From contig NMRA01000389.1 in assembly GCA_002633005.1 (NCBI GenBank), positions 310,001 through 374,000 on the forward strand: 64,000 nucleotides of DNA, written 5' to 3'. Positions 1 through 64,000 of the stretch are shown here, piece by piece. Each line of letters begins with the position of its first letter. Within the stretch, counting starts at the first letter, position 1. The notes beneath the pieces were generated by a model. It searched no databases and was not told the DNA's origin. It was given only the letters and a program-made list of their open reading frames with translations. This stretch comes from Phoronis australis (taxonomy: Eukaryota; Animalia; Phoronida). The translations under genes were made by a program, and so were the position numbers.

Positions 1-317
1 CCTAAGCACTGCAGTAACAAACAAATGCACATTGTTTTTATATTGATGTTTCCAATAGGGATGGATGAGACACATCTAGAACACAACAATGAAAAGTTAA
101 CTTGTCAATTGCTTAAAAATTTCCAGTTCCATTACTCACTAGACAGTTCTCTGGTAAATTACAGGTTGTAGTAGAGACGGGAGTTTATCAGGTATTTAAT
201 TTATTTTGACTGTGTAAAACTTGTAGAAATAAGAAACCTCATATAATTTCTCAACACCAAAATGCCCAGCTTCTCAAATTTATGCAAAAGGAGTCACCTT
301 ATCATACTTAAACTTAC

Positions 318-360
318 CTAAAAAGTTTAACACACCGGCAAACCAATCCCACAAAAACAT
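318..360 (-). CDS. SAR1: SAR1 small GTPase (COPII), first coding exon; gene continues off the left edge
   Basis: Minus strand reads ATG...MFLWDWFAGVLNFL(G), the typical invertebrate Sar1 N-terminal amphipathic helix (cf. MFIWDWFTGVLGYLG). Donor G|GTAAGT at 317; acceptor ttttctttttcag ending at 388, so the exon is 318-387 including 27 nt of 5'UTR. Too short for the ORF track. Confidence 0.9.
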
Positions 361-1449
361 GGTAATCTTCTATGCTCACAAACAAAACTGAAAAAGAAAA
401 CTGCGAAACTAAGACTTATCATCGGTTAAAGCAACAACAGATTCTGAACCAACAATGCTTTTTTAACCTAGTCAAGTACTCTGATAGCATGAAGCTTAAA
501 AGTCGAATTGATGAGTCCCTCTTGAAAATAGGTACCCTGAATCATTTTCCAATAAACAATGGCCATTACCGTTATACAGTGACACTAGTCTCGCTAGCCA
601 TGATTTTGAAGAGGGACTTGTCAACTTGACTTTTACCAGCATGAAAAGGTTCTACACTATTTCAGGTATTGTAGCCAAACATAAATTGTCAGCCAAACTT
701 ATCGGAACACTAAAGCATGTTTCATAATTTTACCCTAAAATTGATTCAACATTGTGTAATTGTACTTCCTTGGAACAGATAAAAGACAGGATCGTTCAGC
801 TACTAGTACAACTAACTGTGTCACAAAATGGCAGTTCAAGACTCTCAGTCTCTCAACACAATTGTCCGACTCAAATCAAGCACTTAAGGACTGGTGAATA
901 CCTGCAGAACAGTGACTTGTTTCAAAGATATTTAGTGTTCAGACAGAGTAAACATGGATTTTGTATCCTTTTAAGGTGAAGTGACCTCAAAAGCTATTTA
1001 GGCACAGAAAATACAAATTACATGAAGGTTTGACTCCATGGTCATTAACATCGCTAAAATACTGGATGCCAATGATCTCCGAATGGCACTGGTCAGAAAT
1101 ACCAGTCCCTAATTTCGAGAATCAGTTTCATCCACTGAATAATGGGTTCATTATTCAGTGATTGCCTGGTTCTCAAAATCAAGGACCGTTATATCCGACT
1201 AGTGCCCTCAAAACTAGGGGTGCAATTAAATAAGTCAGTGCCAGTGTGGCAGTGTGCTGAAAGTTCAACTGGTGCCAGTGGTGGGGAACAAATTTTCCCT
1301 GCCTTTCACATTCAGAAGCTACCTGCGACCAATGACCCTAGACTATTACTACATTATTCAACAATTGTAACATGACTCATGATGGGATTAAGTAACTCTT
1401 ACTTTGTCCAGTGCTAATTACCACTTTTGACGTTGTGTAACTTGACACA

Positions 1450-1830
1450 GGTCAGTGAAAGTTGACCGAATCAACCATGGCTTCGTCGTGACAATTTGCA
1501 ATTTAAACATCTACTGCTGAAACTCTTAAATGCCCACACTTTCGCTAAATACAATAAAAACGTTTACGCCACTTAGCCAGACACAAATACAGTTGGTTTT
1601 GAAGTCACATACCGACAGAAATATTCCAATAAGTGAGTATGTTCCTTGTAAAAAATAAACGGCCAGCGTACACGAATCAATATGGATCCTGCAACGTCGG
1701 AAATGATATTCCGTAAATGTTTCGTAAATTGTGATTGGTGTAATGGTTGCTGCCCATAAATATGACCCAATGAAAGTAGTTTTAATATCGTTGCGTTCAG
1801 CGCTACCTATCAGGTACAGAAATTATAACT
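1450..1830. promoter_or_regulatory. Candidate bidirectional promoter between SAR1 (-) and MRPS24 (+)
   Basis: Locally CpG-richer segment between divergent genes. CCAAT at 1626-1630, ETS-like CGGAAATG at 1698-1705, ATTGG (reverse CCAAT) at 1734-1738. Minus-strand donor CG|GTATGT at 1612 fits a non-coding SAR1 exon 1. Confidence 0.55.
1743..1813 (+). CDS. Possible MRPS24 first exon (MVAAHKYDPMK...); junction to next exon unresolved
   Basis: ATG at 1743 just downstream of the promoter motifs. The CAG|GTACAG donor at 1813 is phase 2, but the 3920 exon needs phase 0. Alternatives are the weak phase-0 donor after 1775 or a candidate exon at 3155-3205. Confidence 0.3.
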
Positions 1831-3919
1831 GCTGTCTTGGAAAATTCACGAAAAACAGCTGTTCTGTTAGCCCTTGTAATGATTTTCCCAAAAGTAAGTA
1901 TTACACATTGTCGTGTATTCAAACCCATGACCCACAGAACCAACCGATACCTTTGAATCTATAGAAAGTTTCCAGCCGGCAATGTCCAGGTTTATGACCC
2001 GTGTATGGAACTGGCACCCAGCCGTTCACTTCTTTCTGTTCAGCCGTTTGCAGTTTCCGATGAAATATTGGATGTACCGTACTCAGTTTCAGTTTGTCTT
2101 GAGCGGCATCAAAACAGATTTTTTTAACTTAGTTTGAACTTATCTCAATTTGCTGAGAAACTTAGGTACTAATCACAACAAGACTGATCTAGAAAGTTAC
2201 AGTTTTGAACATGTGGTTTGAGAAAAGTTCACCCCCAGGGCCCCAGGGGGTACTCAGCACTAGGTGGTGGTGAATGACTTTTATATGTCTTGGGACACTG
2301 ACTTTCGTGGTAGGCCTACATTCGTTCTGCAGTTACTTGTCTGTCTTCAAGGGTGTCCATTCATAGAAAATTCGGTTGCTGCTATGTGGTTGTCTAGGGT
2401 GAGATACTGCTATACAACATTATGTGGTACTCTTTGAAGGGTGCATTTTCCAAAAAAATCCCTGCAAAAATGTTCACTGTGGGAGTTTGAAACTTTTTTT
2501 GGCAATAGCCACTTACAGCCAAGGGGTCCCGATTTTGAGAATCAGCGATTATGGTTGTTATTCAGGAAAAAAATGATCCTTAAAATGACGGACCCCCATA
2601 AAGGACTAGAATTCCATGTTCAAAGTCTGCTGAAGGTCTCTATTATTGTTTATATTTTTAACATAGTTGTTCTTTTTTAGGCTTAAGGGGTTAAAAAGAC
2701 AGCTGTTTAACAGTCCTTTCGATAGGATTAGGTTTACGAAAATAACCCCGTCGTTTTGTTATAATTTCGAAGGAACACACTTAGTCTTCAATTTCTTTTA
2801 CTATTTTATACTAAATAAAGTGTGAATGACAAGTCTTGGAGCCTAGGTTGTAAATATGTCTAGATTTGCAAAATGTAGAATTTCATTTTGTTTAAACTCT
2901 AGTGGTCTCATGCTTTTAAAAGATGTTGTGAAAACCCGGTGTTTTCAGTTGGTCAAATTATTCCAAAATTATCTGGGAATGACACCAATTCAACAGTAGG
3001 GTAACATCTTTAAAATGGTGTGTATCCTAGGCAATGTTGCTACTCCAACAGTGGCTAAATATATTAGGTGTTCAAACTTGACATGTTCTGTGCCCTGATG
3101 GTCTTTACTTTCCACCATTTGTTACTTGATATTTTTTTGCTGCAACTATCACAGATGCACCTCGGAACAACGTCAATATTAAGTGCTTACTTGTGTATTG
3201 TTCAGGTGAAGTGGGAATTCCTCAATTTCAGACTCTGAAGTTGTATAGTTTTTGAGAAATATCAGCAATTAAATATTTCAATTTTTCCTAATCAATTCAA
3301 TTTTTCCAGTGCCATCTATGAAAATTTTTGTTTTGGTTAGATGTTTCTGTGTGGAGCCCTTTTTTAATTTGATAAATTAGCATTTCTGATAACACAATGG
3401 TAAACTTATGTAATGAATGGAGTTCATTGATTGCTTCAGTGGAAAATTTCACTGCCACTTAGTTGATTTATTGCTGTTTAAAATTTCTGATTTTGGCTTG
3501 ACGTATTTAGGGTTGCATGGAACTTTGTAGAGATGATTCTGAATTAATTGGGTAGTTTATTCAGAGATCATGTGACATGTTCTTCGGAGATCATGTGACT
3601 TACTCAGTCCGTGAGTTGTTGAGAAATCTTTTGATGATTTTATCTCCTAATTTTGAAAATTAGTTCTAAGCTTAATGTGGATATCTTATGAGGATCCATA
3701 CTTAATAATAGCGAAATTATCATGTATAAAATGTGTCTTGGTCAGTACAATATTCTGTGTTATTGTTGGTATAAAACCTTGTGTTCTATTTACTTTGTCA
3801 TTGTCTTCATTATACTCTCTCTCTGGTAATTGCACATAGTTTATTCTTCATTTGCTAAGTTGTGTTATATGAATTTCTGCTATGTAATTCCAGTTACTCA
3901 TTTTGTAATGTTGTTTTAG

Positions 3920-4118
3920 GGGATTGTGTTGCCCAGTGTTGCTCAAATTAGCAAGACGGTGTTTCCTAAATACTTCCGTACAAGTGTTGCAGTGGGAAAA
4001 AACTTGAGAACTGGAAAGCCCAAAATAACACGGACACGAAACAAACCGCTCACATACGAAGAGGCTAACCCACCATACACAGTTGGAGTAAGGAAGGCTT
4101 GGAACTCCTGGAATACAA
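3920..4118 (+). CDS. MRPS24: Mitochondrial ribosomal protein S24 (uS3m), internal exon
   Basis: ttttag acceptor at 3919. Encodes GIVLPSVAQ...KPLTYEEANPPYTVGVRKAWNSWNT, matching the MRPS24 motif PxTYEEAxxP..RKxWxSxxT. Donor A|GTATGT, phase 1. Confidence 0.92.
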
Positions 4119-4412
4119 GTATGTCAACACACTGTTTGTGCCCACTGGTGTGTGCAACTACTGTTTTTGATTTTGTTTTCTTCCCTTCTCTGAACTTTGA
4201 GAATCTATGTTGTGTTAAAAAAGGGAAAACAATCATTTTAATTGATATTACCTTTAAAACTAAAATTAGTGTTCCTTGGTTATCTTAGAGATATATTTCC
4301 CGCAATAATCACTGTTTACTCTTTGTGTAACAAAAGAAACTGACATAAACTGCTCAGTGGATATAGAGTCACGGTCAATTTTACTTGCAGATGCAATGTT
4401 TCATTTCCTCTT

Positions 4413-4498
4413 TTACACGTGTCCCGAGTTTTGAGAACCAGTTTCCTACACTGAGTAACCAGCATGAAACTGGTTCTCACAATCCGGGATCCCTGTAA
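4413..4498. mobile_element. Short palindromic MITE in the MRPS24 intron; second copy at about 31530-31612
   Basis: Inverted arms gagaaccagtttc / gaaactggttctc around ctacactgagtaaccagcat. The same core recurs at 31546-31591. Confidence 0.7.
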
Positions 4499-4630
4499 GT
4501 GATGTGAAAGTTTTGCATCATGTTTCCAACATAATGTCTTAGCTGTGGTCTTTGATAAAAATGACCTTGCTCTCCCATCACAATTTACTAGTAGATTTGT
4601 GTAAAGTGTTGCGTTTTTCTATAATTGCAG

Positions 4631-4923
4631 GTGCTTTGAAAAATGAAACTGAGGCAACTTCTCAAATTGCTGTAGAAGATATTTTAATACGAAAGTTTAT
4701 GTTTGGAACATGGCATAATCTAATGGCATCTGAAACCATTATTAAAAGACAGCACAACTGCATACGGATAGCTGGACTTGTACATCAAGGTATCATGGCC
4801 AGGAGAATGTACTTTCTTATTGGCTACACAGAGGAAGTGTTGTCATATATGTTGAAATGTCCCATCAAACTTGAATTACAAACTGTGAAGGACAGAACTG
4901 ATGTTGTTTTCAAGTATATATAG
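4631..4923 (+). CDS. MRPS24: Mitochondrial ribosomal protein S24, last coding exon
   Basis: ttgcag acceptor at 4630, phase 1 matches the previous exon. EDILIRKFMFGTW...KRQHN...YFLIGYTEEVLSYMLKCPIKLELQTV...VVFKYI* matches the MRPS24 C-terminus. Stop TAG at 4921-4923. Confidence 0.95.
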
Positions 4924-5750
4924 TCATCGTGTTTGAAATGGAGTGCTTGCAAGCAAAACATTTGTTAATTCCTCAGTCATTTTAGTGCTCAATAAGATTT
5001 GTTGTTGACGAATTGGTGTATCGACTCAAAAGAACCCTGTGGCTATATTTTTCGCGTTTATTTCACCATAACTCCCCAGCTGCTGAAAAACGCTTCTGTA
5101 AAGGACTTGTAAAAGTCATTCTTCATCGATTCCACCATTCAAGTCCACTAGTTTCCATCAGTGGCCTGCTTCTATTTAGAGCCTTGACTTCAAAAGAAAC
5201 ATTATAATACTTATAAATAAGACTGAATTGTAGGTCTTCCCTTCTTCCTAAGTCTACCTGGTGCTGTGTTTGGACTGTAACTTAGACTTGGAACAAATTG
5301 TTACAGTGCAAGATGTTCCCAGTTAACTCTCATATACATGGTTTACTCAGAGGTTTTAACAACATTTAGTGTTTAATCAAAAACCATTGTTCATTTCATT
5401 TTGGACTTAAAAGGGAGTAAGTAGACCCTATAGTGGCTTAGAATTTTGCAGACCGTAAATCATGTGTGTCCTTCACACACAATGGCCCTTTTGAAATTGA
5501 CATACAAGGTCATCAAAAGTAGTTCTTTGTGAACTCTGCTCCTAGTCATACAACTGCCCCATTTGGACTGTGTAACTATACACAACTTATATGTATCAGT
5601 AATTCTTAAACCCACTTGGAAATGTATATCGATAATATTTTAAGTGTGACCAGCATTCTTAACAAAAGGTTTATGGTCCTGGTTGAGAAGATAATTGTTC
5701 TGTTACCCCCTATAGATTTTAAATAGCCAAGCCCAAAATGTGCATACAAA

Positions 5751-5756
5751 AATAAA
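5751..5756 (+). terminator. Candidate MRPS24 polyadenylation signal
   Basis: AATAAA about 830 nt after the stop codon, followed by U-rich sequence. Confidence 0.45.
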
Positions 5757-6319
5757 AGAATTCTGAAATTGTCAACTTTAATTTTATATTTGCATTACAA
5801 TCTATGTTTATGATTACTCTCGCTTTTCTCACAAGTGCTATTTAATATTAAATACAGAGGAGCCTTTTGTCATTAGCTTCACCTGTTAACCCATTGGTGA
5901 GGTTGTTCGGTGCGAGTGTTACGTTTTGTTTTGGTTTGACAACACCTTGCATTTGCATTTAATGCACTGACTGTTTTCATTGGTTGGTGTCCCTGATCAT
6001 GCTTACTGTTGGTACGGAGCCCACCGGGTGATTGAGATTAGCTTTCACTACTTTTTGAAGTGATGAGAAGTTAACATCATGGTGTGGATTTGTAAAATTC
6101 ATCAATGACGTGGCACAGTTTTGGAGTCACTAGTAAGGTTTGGTTGTCTCGGTCCCAGAAATGTCTACCTTACTGTATTTTTGTCAGCAAAATGTACCAC
6201 CATCAACAAGAACACGAGACTTCATTAACGTGACGTCCAAACACAGACTTACCCTGGAAGATGTTAGTCCTGGAACGAGTTGTCTCTTGGTTTGAGGGCT
6301 GGGTGTGTGTGGATGCTAC

Positions 6320-6615
6320 TTAAACTAGTGCAACTTGTTCCACTTGGGAAAACTCAGTTCACCTTATTGAGGTACGGTAACTTGTTCTAGGGTAACTTGC
6401 GCTACCTGTAATCACTGTGTGGTTGCAAAAGTGGGCAAAGCGAAAGTCATTATCAGCTGCGGTTACATAACTGACGGGTCGCGTTTTGTGTGCCAGATTC
6501 ACTTCAGCTGTTCATTGTCACGCACAGAGTGACAACTTCTTACCCTAGTTATCGGATGTTTGTGTGGCTGCTCCACTTAAAAGTAGGGCAAGTTGCACTA
6601 GTGCAAGTTGTTCTT
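6320..6615. repeat. Diverged interspersed repeat; related copy at about 52455-52700
   Basis: Collinear shared motifs gcaacttg(t/c)tccacttg, tgccag..tcactt, cacgcaca and ccctagtt at both loci. Perfect 14-bp palindrome ttgcactagtgcaa near 6593-6606. Confidence 0.55.
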
Positions 6616-7299
6616 GGGTAGGCTTGTGTGGATGAGACATAATGTTATTTTGAAAGGAGATCCATAGATTTTTTTTCAAAAATTGATGCTGGTGTATTTT
6701 TTTACCTTTAAAGGAGCAATAAATCTGTGTTAAGTTGAACAAGACCCCCTACCGCAGCTATAAAACTGGTCTCAACTTGTTTCTTACTCAGATAAATTTT
6801 TTCTTACAAAGAACAATGGTTCATTATTTCTCGAGATAATGCTTGGCGAATTGAATGTCAGGCAATGAGAACTCAACTGGAATTGAATGGTTTCAAGCAA
6901 TAATGAGCTGTCAATTCTTGTCAAGCCCAAAACTCGTACATTTTTGACAATTTGAGACCAATTTTTCAGTGGCATGTGATGTAAATACCAATATCAGCTT
7001 TTGTGACGAGGGCGTGTTTATACCTGCTTTAAAGTAAGACCATGCATGGTAAATGGTAGAACATCCAAAGTGTTATGCAAGACCATAGGTGGTAAATGGT
7101 AGTACCTCCAAATTGTTATGTATTTTGATGAAACTTTACCGTGCACGAGGCAAAATTTGTTGAGTATACTATGTTTTATAAAGCAGCTTATCCACACCAT
7201 AACGTGATGTTCTCATTATTTGTTTCAATTCACACGATGTATTTAATTCCAGAGTGCATTTTACCCATTAGTTATAAAATATAAGAGTATTTTGATCAG

Positions 7300-7305
7300 T
7301 TTATT
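7300..7305 (-). terminator. Candidate Slo1 polyadenylation signal (3'UTR about 2.4 kb)
   Basis: AATAAA on the minus strand at the end of a long stretch that is U-rich in the mRNA sense. A second AATAAA lies at 7933-7938. Confidence 0.4.
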
Positions 7306-8066
7306 TAAGTGAACAACAACACATTACAAAAACATACCTCTGTAAACTTAAACACTACAACAGAAAATTCAAAACAAGATGAATTCTTTCTAAAACAGAT
7401 TTAAAAGAAATGTTAAAATGAATTCGCTCTGAACAGTAAAAGAAAGCCATTAAAATGAATTCATTCTAAGAGATTAATATTTAAAACACAAACGTGAGAT
7501 TCGCTGGATCACAATATAAGGGGGCTATCACAAGGCTGTTATAAACAAAACTGGTTCACGACAGTTAACAATCCACAAAGCAAAACAACCTGACGATCCA
7601 CACAAACACTAAGATTAGACTGACATGATGGAAAAAACATCAAGTAATCAATTCCATTAATAAAAACCTGAAAATTTTAATTTAGCTACTCATCACAGAC
7701 TCACCTTAGTGTTTGGAATAATATTTTACACATTTCAGTACATACACACATGGACTTGTATAAGTACATGATACACAGAAAAGCTAGAATTGTGTACAAT
7801 TTGAATTTCACCTGATATTAATAATTCAATGCAAAAGAAACCCGTTAATGTGACACGCTCAAACAATAATAAATAAGTGACGACCCAAGTAACAATACAC
7901 TTAACTAAGTATGTACATAAAAATTGTAAAGCTTTATTTCTATGATCACAAAGCCAGATTTGACTAGCAACGAGACCAGACAGTTCACATAAAGGAGACG
8001 TCCACCTGATATGCAATATTTACAGAGCTTTCAACCAAGAATACTTTTCAAAAATACACCTAGAAC

Positions 8067-8320
8067 ATCAGAGAACTTTATGTCGGTCACCCTACCAAAT
8101 TGGCACAAGAGAAGGAGATAAAGAAAAATCATAATTTAATTTCTTCAGACACAATCACAAATTTTAGTATGACTTGCCTGTTCCAGGTACTCATCAAATA
8201 TACATCCGGAACCACATCAGAAAATTTTATGAGAAGTCACCTTATCAAATTGGCACAAGAGAAGGCAGTGGATGAAAATCGTAATTTAGACACAACCATG
8301 AATGTTAGGGTGATTTGATT
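8067..8320. repeat. Diverged direct duplication (about 148-nt spacing)
   Basis: catcaga...gtcacc.ta.caaattggcacaagagaagg...gacacaa occurs at 8067 and 8215. Confidence 0.75.
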
Positions 8321-9494
8321 GATATACGGGCTGTTCCTGCAGCCATTCAAGCCCACAATACTTGTGTTGATTTTCCCATTCTTGCCAAAAGATCATGTAA
8401 ACTTTATCAAATCCTACGATTTTGAAAATTCCAGTTCGACAAAAGCATAAAGAACAGAACTGGTGTGATAATACAAACTGGTAAATAAAGAGTTAACAAT
8501 TCAAATGTATCGCCTTCAAAGAACTGTTTTAAAAATGTTATTGCAAACCTCACATTTGTCGGAGGGTGCATCTTGCATTCAAATTGTAGACGTAAGGAAA
8601 TGTGGCACGGTGGGGCAAACAGATGGAGAAACAAAATAATGAATATACACTGAAACATACGCGTAAATAACCATGTGGAAACAAGAGCCACAATAGTTTA
8701 GTAAACCCAATGACATCAAACAAAACAAAACCAACAAATTTGTATAACGTAAAGTTAAGAGTCAATTAAAATGTGTTCTTGAATTGAAACCAAAGCAGTT
8801 TGTGTACAGCAACACTAAGGAACCACACAATGTTTAAAATTGTTTTGGCGTCTTCCCTTACAACTCAAATAAACCAGACTCTTTACACAGAGATTGGAAT
8901 TTACAAATCATCACACAGCTGACACCAAACACCTCCAGTCTTTCCTGATATGAATGGCCGTGAATTAAAATGACCTTTTGCTAGGCGACGTAACAACATG
9001 AGGATATTAGAAATATTCAGCATCTCAATAAGAGCTCCACAAACATGGCAAGTAATCCTGGAGCGAAATCAATGAAAATTCCCTTCACAACGCTATTTTT
9101 GAGTGAATAAACTTCAGATAAAAATATAAAGCAATATGCCTGCAGTAAAAACTTGAATATGAGTGAGTGCATGAAGCTAGTAAAATGTGAATGGGTCTGT
9201 TTGAAATGTTGTTTTGGGAAAAAGTGAAAGTAGGTTACGTTAAAATCTCATCAACTCAGAACACAAGGAAATTTTTTAATTTTCATTTCTTTGCAATAAA
9301 TGAGAAGCACCAAATGTTTAATCATTTTCAAATTCATTTTCAAGTTTCAAGAAATTTTGGATATTTACAACAAAGCTAGAAGCTTTTGAAAAATAAAAAA
9401 ATATTTTTCTCAATTATTTTCATCTGAAATTGGTGACATTTTACCATAATCTGAACAATAAGAAAGAGATTATTTACTCTTCCACAACAATTTA

Positions 9495-9665
9495 CCACTG
9501 AGATTCAGTCAAAGACATCAACAATGACCTAGCATGTCCACTGAGATTCAGTCGAAGACATCAACAATGACTTAGCGTGTCCACTGAGATTCAGTCAAAG
9601 ACATCAACAATGACCTAGCGTGTCCACTGAGATTCAGTTGAAGACAACAACGATGACCTAGTGTG
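9495..9665. repeat. 43-bp tandem repeat x4 in the proximal Slo1 3'UTR
   Basis: Unit ccactgagattcagtcaaagacatcaacaatgacctagcatgt starts at 9495, 9538, 9581 and 9624. Confidence 0.95.
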
Positions 9666-9704
9666 CCTTTTCTCTTCCAGACTCCCATTGCATGTTGCAT
9701 TATG

Positions 9705-60850
<51,146 letters not shown>

Positions 60851-60976
60851 CTGCAAAGAAACAGGAACAGATTACTACGTCTCATAACAATTCACACAAC
60901 TTGTGCCTCATTTTCCCATCACTACAGTATTCCTTCTTCCACAGAGCATTACACCATCCCTGAGTCAAAGCACAGA

Positions 60977-61085
60977 AGATGGTGATGAAGATGGTGGCAA
61001 TAAAGATGGAAGTAGCCGTGGTAATGACAATAGTGGTAACACCATGTTACCAAGGTGATGATGATGGTGATGATGACGATGACGG
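60977..61085. repeat. Degenerate (GAT/GGT)n microsatellite
   Basis: Runs such as gatggtgatgaagatggt and gatgatgatggtgatgatgacgatgac. Confidence 0.75.
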
Positions 61086-63246
61086 AGTTCTAAAAAAAAT
61101 CCTTAAAAGAAAAAACGCGCTGCCTTGGTACTATAAAAAATCATGGTAAAACAGGGAGTACAAAAAGTGTTGTATTATGAAAAGAGATATCAGTTAATTC
61201 TAAGGTTACATAGGACTAGCTAGCTTTTAGCCAAATATCTAGAATTTAAACAAAATTAGCTCTTTAAAACCATATATTTTTCTGAAAATCGAAAGCCTGT
61301 TGGCTTCGATTTGTGACTTTACACCAATCTGTCAATTGGGTAACCACGGTAAAATTTAGCAAAAAGAAATGTGCAATCAAGTATAGCAAAACAAAACAAA
61401 AGGATCAATCACATAACCAAATATCATTTGATATAAATGTTCAAGATGAAATCTTGAAAAATGCCATTAGTTTTCTAAAATATCAGTTTGTTTTTGTTTC
61501 ATGCAACTTTTGATTTTTTTGTAAAAAACATGTAACTAAGTGCATTTTTTGATAGCACCTAATTCAAACGTGGAACATTTTAAAGAAGCATGGAATGCGA
61601 AAGCTTGTTGAAAATATCTTTTAAACAATTCCTGATGAAAGTACCATCCAGCAACGTCTAGTAAAGAGGAATTCACTGTCCCCTGTGAGGAAATTTCTAG
61701 AAAAAATCCCAAATTTCACAATTATTGAAATAAGTGCAAACAAAAAACTCTGTGGTTACCAGTTTAGTCAGTTACTTGAAGTCGCTTGAGGTCAAAGGTC
61801 ACATTTACATATATGCCTTTCCTGGTGAGCAGGGTGAATTCTGTTTCAGTGGCAGAGAAGCACATTCAATATTACAATTTAGTCTGTTTATTGCGTTCCA
61901 GGCCTCTTCAAAAACAATTCTTATCCACGTTTTGGTGAACAGCACTAAATGCATAGTGCAGTCATGTACCAAGAATTCCTTACTGCAGAAAAACCGCATT
62001 TTTGACCCAGGCATTGGAACAGGAACCAGACAGCGTCATACCATGCATGGGTTAACATCAGTGGTTTTACATTGCAGACACAATGGCAATGTTAATTGAG
62101 TAAACAAAACTGGTGATAACTCTCATGAATAAACTTCCCAGTATTAGTCCAGTAGAATTCAGAATTCTGGGTAAATCGGGTGGATGTCACTGCGCAATAA
62201 CTTTTTCAATTAAAATTTTAGCCAAAAAAAATTATGGACTTCCACTAAATTTTACATGGGAACCGCACTAATGATTTACTTCAATAATTGCTGGTAACAT
62301 CTACATTTCTCTTCCTGAATATGTTATAGCAGCCAATATTTTTTCCCTCAACCATTTGCCATTTCATTATGTCAGATTACAAACATTTTTATAGCAAAAA
62401 AATAAAACTAAATATAGAAGCGACAACTTTTTACTTCAAGCCAATTTGTTTATTCCTGATTGTCTTAAATGATTAAACAAAACCAAGGCAACTCATTTCT
62501 ATACACACGAACAGATCAATGCCCAATGAATAATATATGACCTTCCCTAACACATACACTAATTTGTTGCTTGTAAGCTGACCTTGCACTCCTTAGGGAT
62601 CCAGAAGACTCCCAAGTTTCTACAGGGTTTCCTTCACCTAGGACAACTAAATAATGGACTGGAAACCCTCAGTTAGCTGATTACAGTGAAATCTCACCAA
62701 CTTAGTACAAAATATGGCCAACTAGTGAAATTTCACATCCTCATTTTTTCTGTAAAGATATGTCACATTAACTCCATGTTTTATCACATTCAAGTTTTGT
62801 ACCACAGCTACTGTCAGACAATATCTTTAAAAAAAAACTGTGGACATTCAAAATGTCAGACGCTCTTGAAAAATGAAAAAGGTGCTATTTCGGGCATGAT
62901 TTTGTCCGAAATTGTTGAGATTTTGACCGTATTTCATTTTGCAAGCCACACATACTCATCACATGCTGTGCCCAATCTTGGTTATAGACTGAAATTCACA
63001 GTTGAATTGTATTGTTGAATTTCACTGATCAGATGAATTTCACAGCAGAATTAATGTATTTCACTGAATCTATATTACTACAAACTTCGATGAATTTCAC
63101 TAGACTTCACAACTGACTCGATTTCAAACGAATTCGAATTCATCGTACCTATTTCATTAGAATTCTGAGCAGAATGATATCTGACAAATGTCACAGTAAA
63201 ATGATTGTTATTACTTCTTAGATGAAGTATCTTTCAAGGAACTTGG

Positions 63247-63328
63247 GCTTTATGTCAAGTGGGGTGCTTTATGTCAAGTGGGGTGCATTATGTCAAGTGG
63301 GTTGCATTATGTCAAGTGGGGTGTATTA
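63247..63328. repeat. 19-bp tandem repeat x4
   Basis: Unit ttatgtcaagtggggtgc(t/a). Confidence 0.95.
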
Positions 63329-64000
63329 AAGACACCATTGTGGTTGATTACAGAATCCACTCAAGTTTTAGAGCTAATAAATCGCGGCATGCCATATATA
63401 TACTTGCTCGAAATAAAGCTGGAATATTCAAAGACTAATGACAAGTAATCCGTATATCTAATACAACACTTATTCCGATAAAATGCCATCAACTTCCAAC
63501 AAAAATAAGAATTACCCTGTCTTCATATTTCAGAGGCTTTTCACAATGTTGTGAAAGGCCATATCTTCTCACAATATAGTTTGATGCTACCGTATCTACA
63601 GTTCCAAACTAGAAAATAGTATAGCATTACTGATTGGTACTGTTTCTCATTTGCTAAAAAGGGAGAAACCATATTGGATCCTTAATTCATGAGATTTTAC
63701 TGTAAAATGTAAGGATTTTACCCAAAATCATGGCACGGCATAATTAATATGAACTAAAACACTAGACTGGTACAATGTGGTCAAAACTGAAATGAGACGG
63801 ATTCACCAACTAACATACCATAATAAGTATCGTTCCAAAAATGCATGACAAGTTATGCATTAATAAAAATAACTGCTTTTGGACAGTCTAGGTACAGGTA
63901 AGGCTACCCCAGCTATAGAATAACTTGTGTGGCAGGCATATTTTTAGACGAGCATAATTAGCCTGCATACAGATTCTTAATGTATCACCAGCACTATAGT

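Noticed and set aside
60851-64000. Search for the S0 and S0-S1 loop exons of Slo1
   Set aside because: No WAGxxISxQTxTGR-like coding segment was found, so these exons must lie beyond the window.

Overview
AT-rich, intron-rich animal genomic DNA, probably a protostome and plausibly a mollusc or other lophotrochozoan (inferred from protein motifs only). Three genes are visible. (1) The first coding exon of the COPII GTPase SAR1 lies on the minus strand at the left edge. (2) Mitochondrial ribosomal protein MRPS24 lies on the plus strand, head-to-head with SAR1. (3) Most of a large-conductance Ca2+-activated K+ channel gene (Slo1/BK, KCNMA1) lies on the minus strand from 9.7 to 60.9 kb; about 21 core exons from S1 to the stop codon could be spliced by hand with consistent phases, and the S0 exons lie beyond the window. 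The most notable signals are all in Slo1: an S5-pore-S6 module diverged at classic blocker-binding positions while the gating ring is conserved; degenerate shadow copies of the pore, S2, S5 and terminal exons in neighbouring introns; an 11-copy minisatellite built from a 3' splice site; an in-frame cassette exon carrying an RRLS PKA motif next to the position where the constitutive motif is lost; and a cluster of micro-exons in the RCK1-RCK2 linker. The introns carry MITEs, HINE-like elements, a TTAA-flanked TIR element spanning an 864-nt assembly gap, and several tandem repeats. All calls come from manual reading. Reference protein sequences and residue numbers are quoted from memory, not from a database search.
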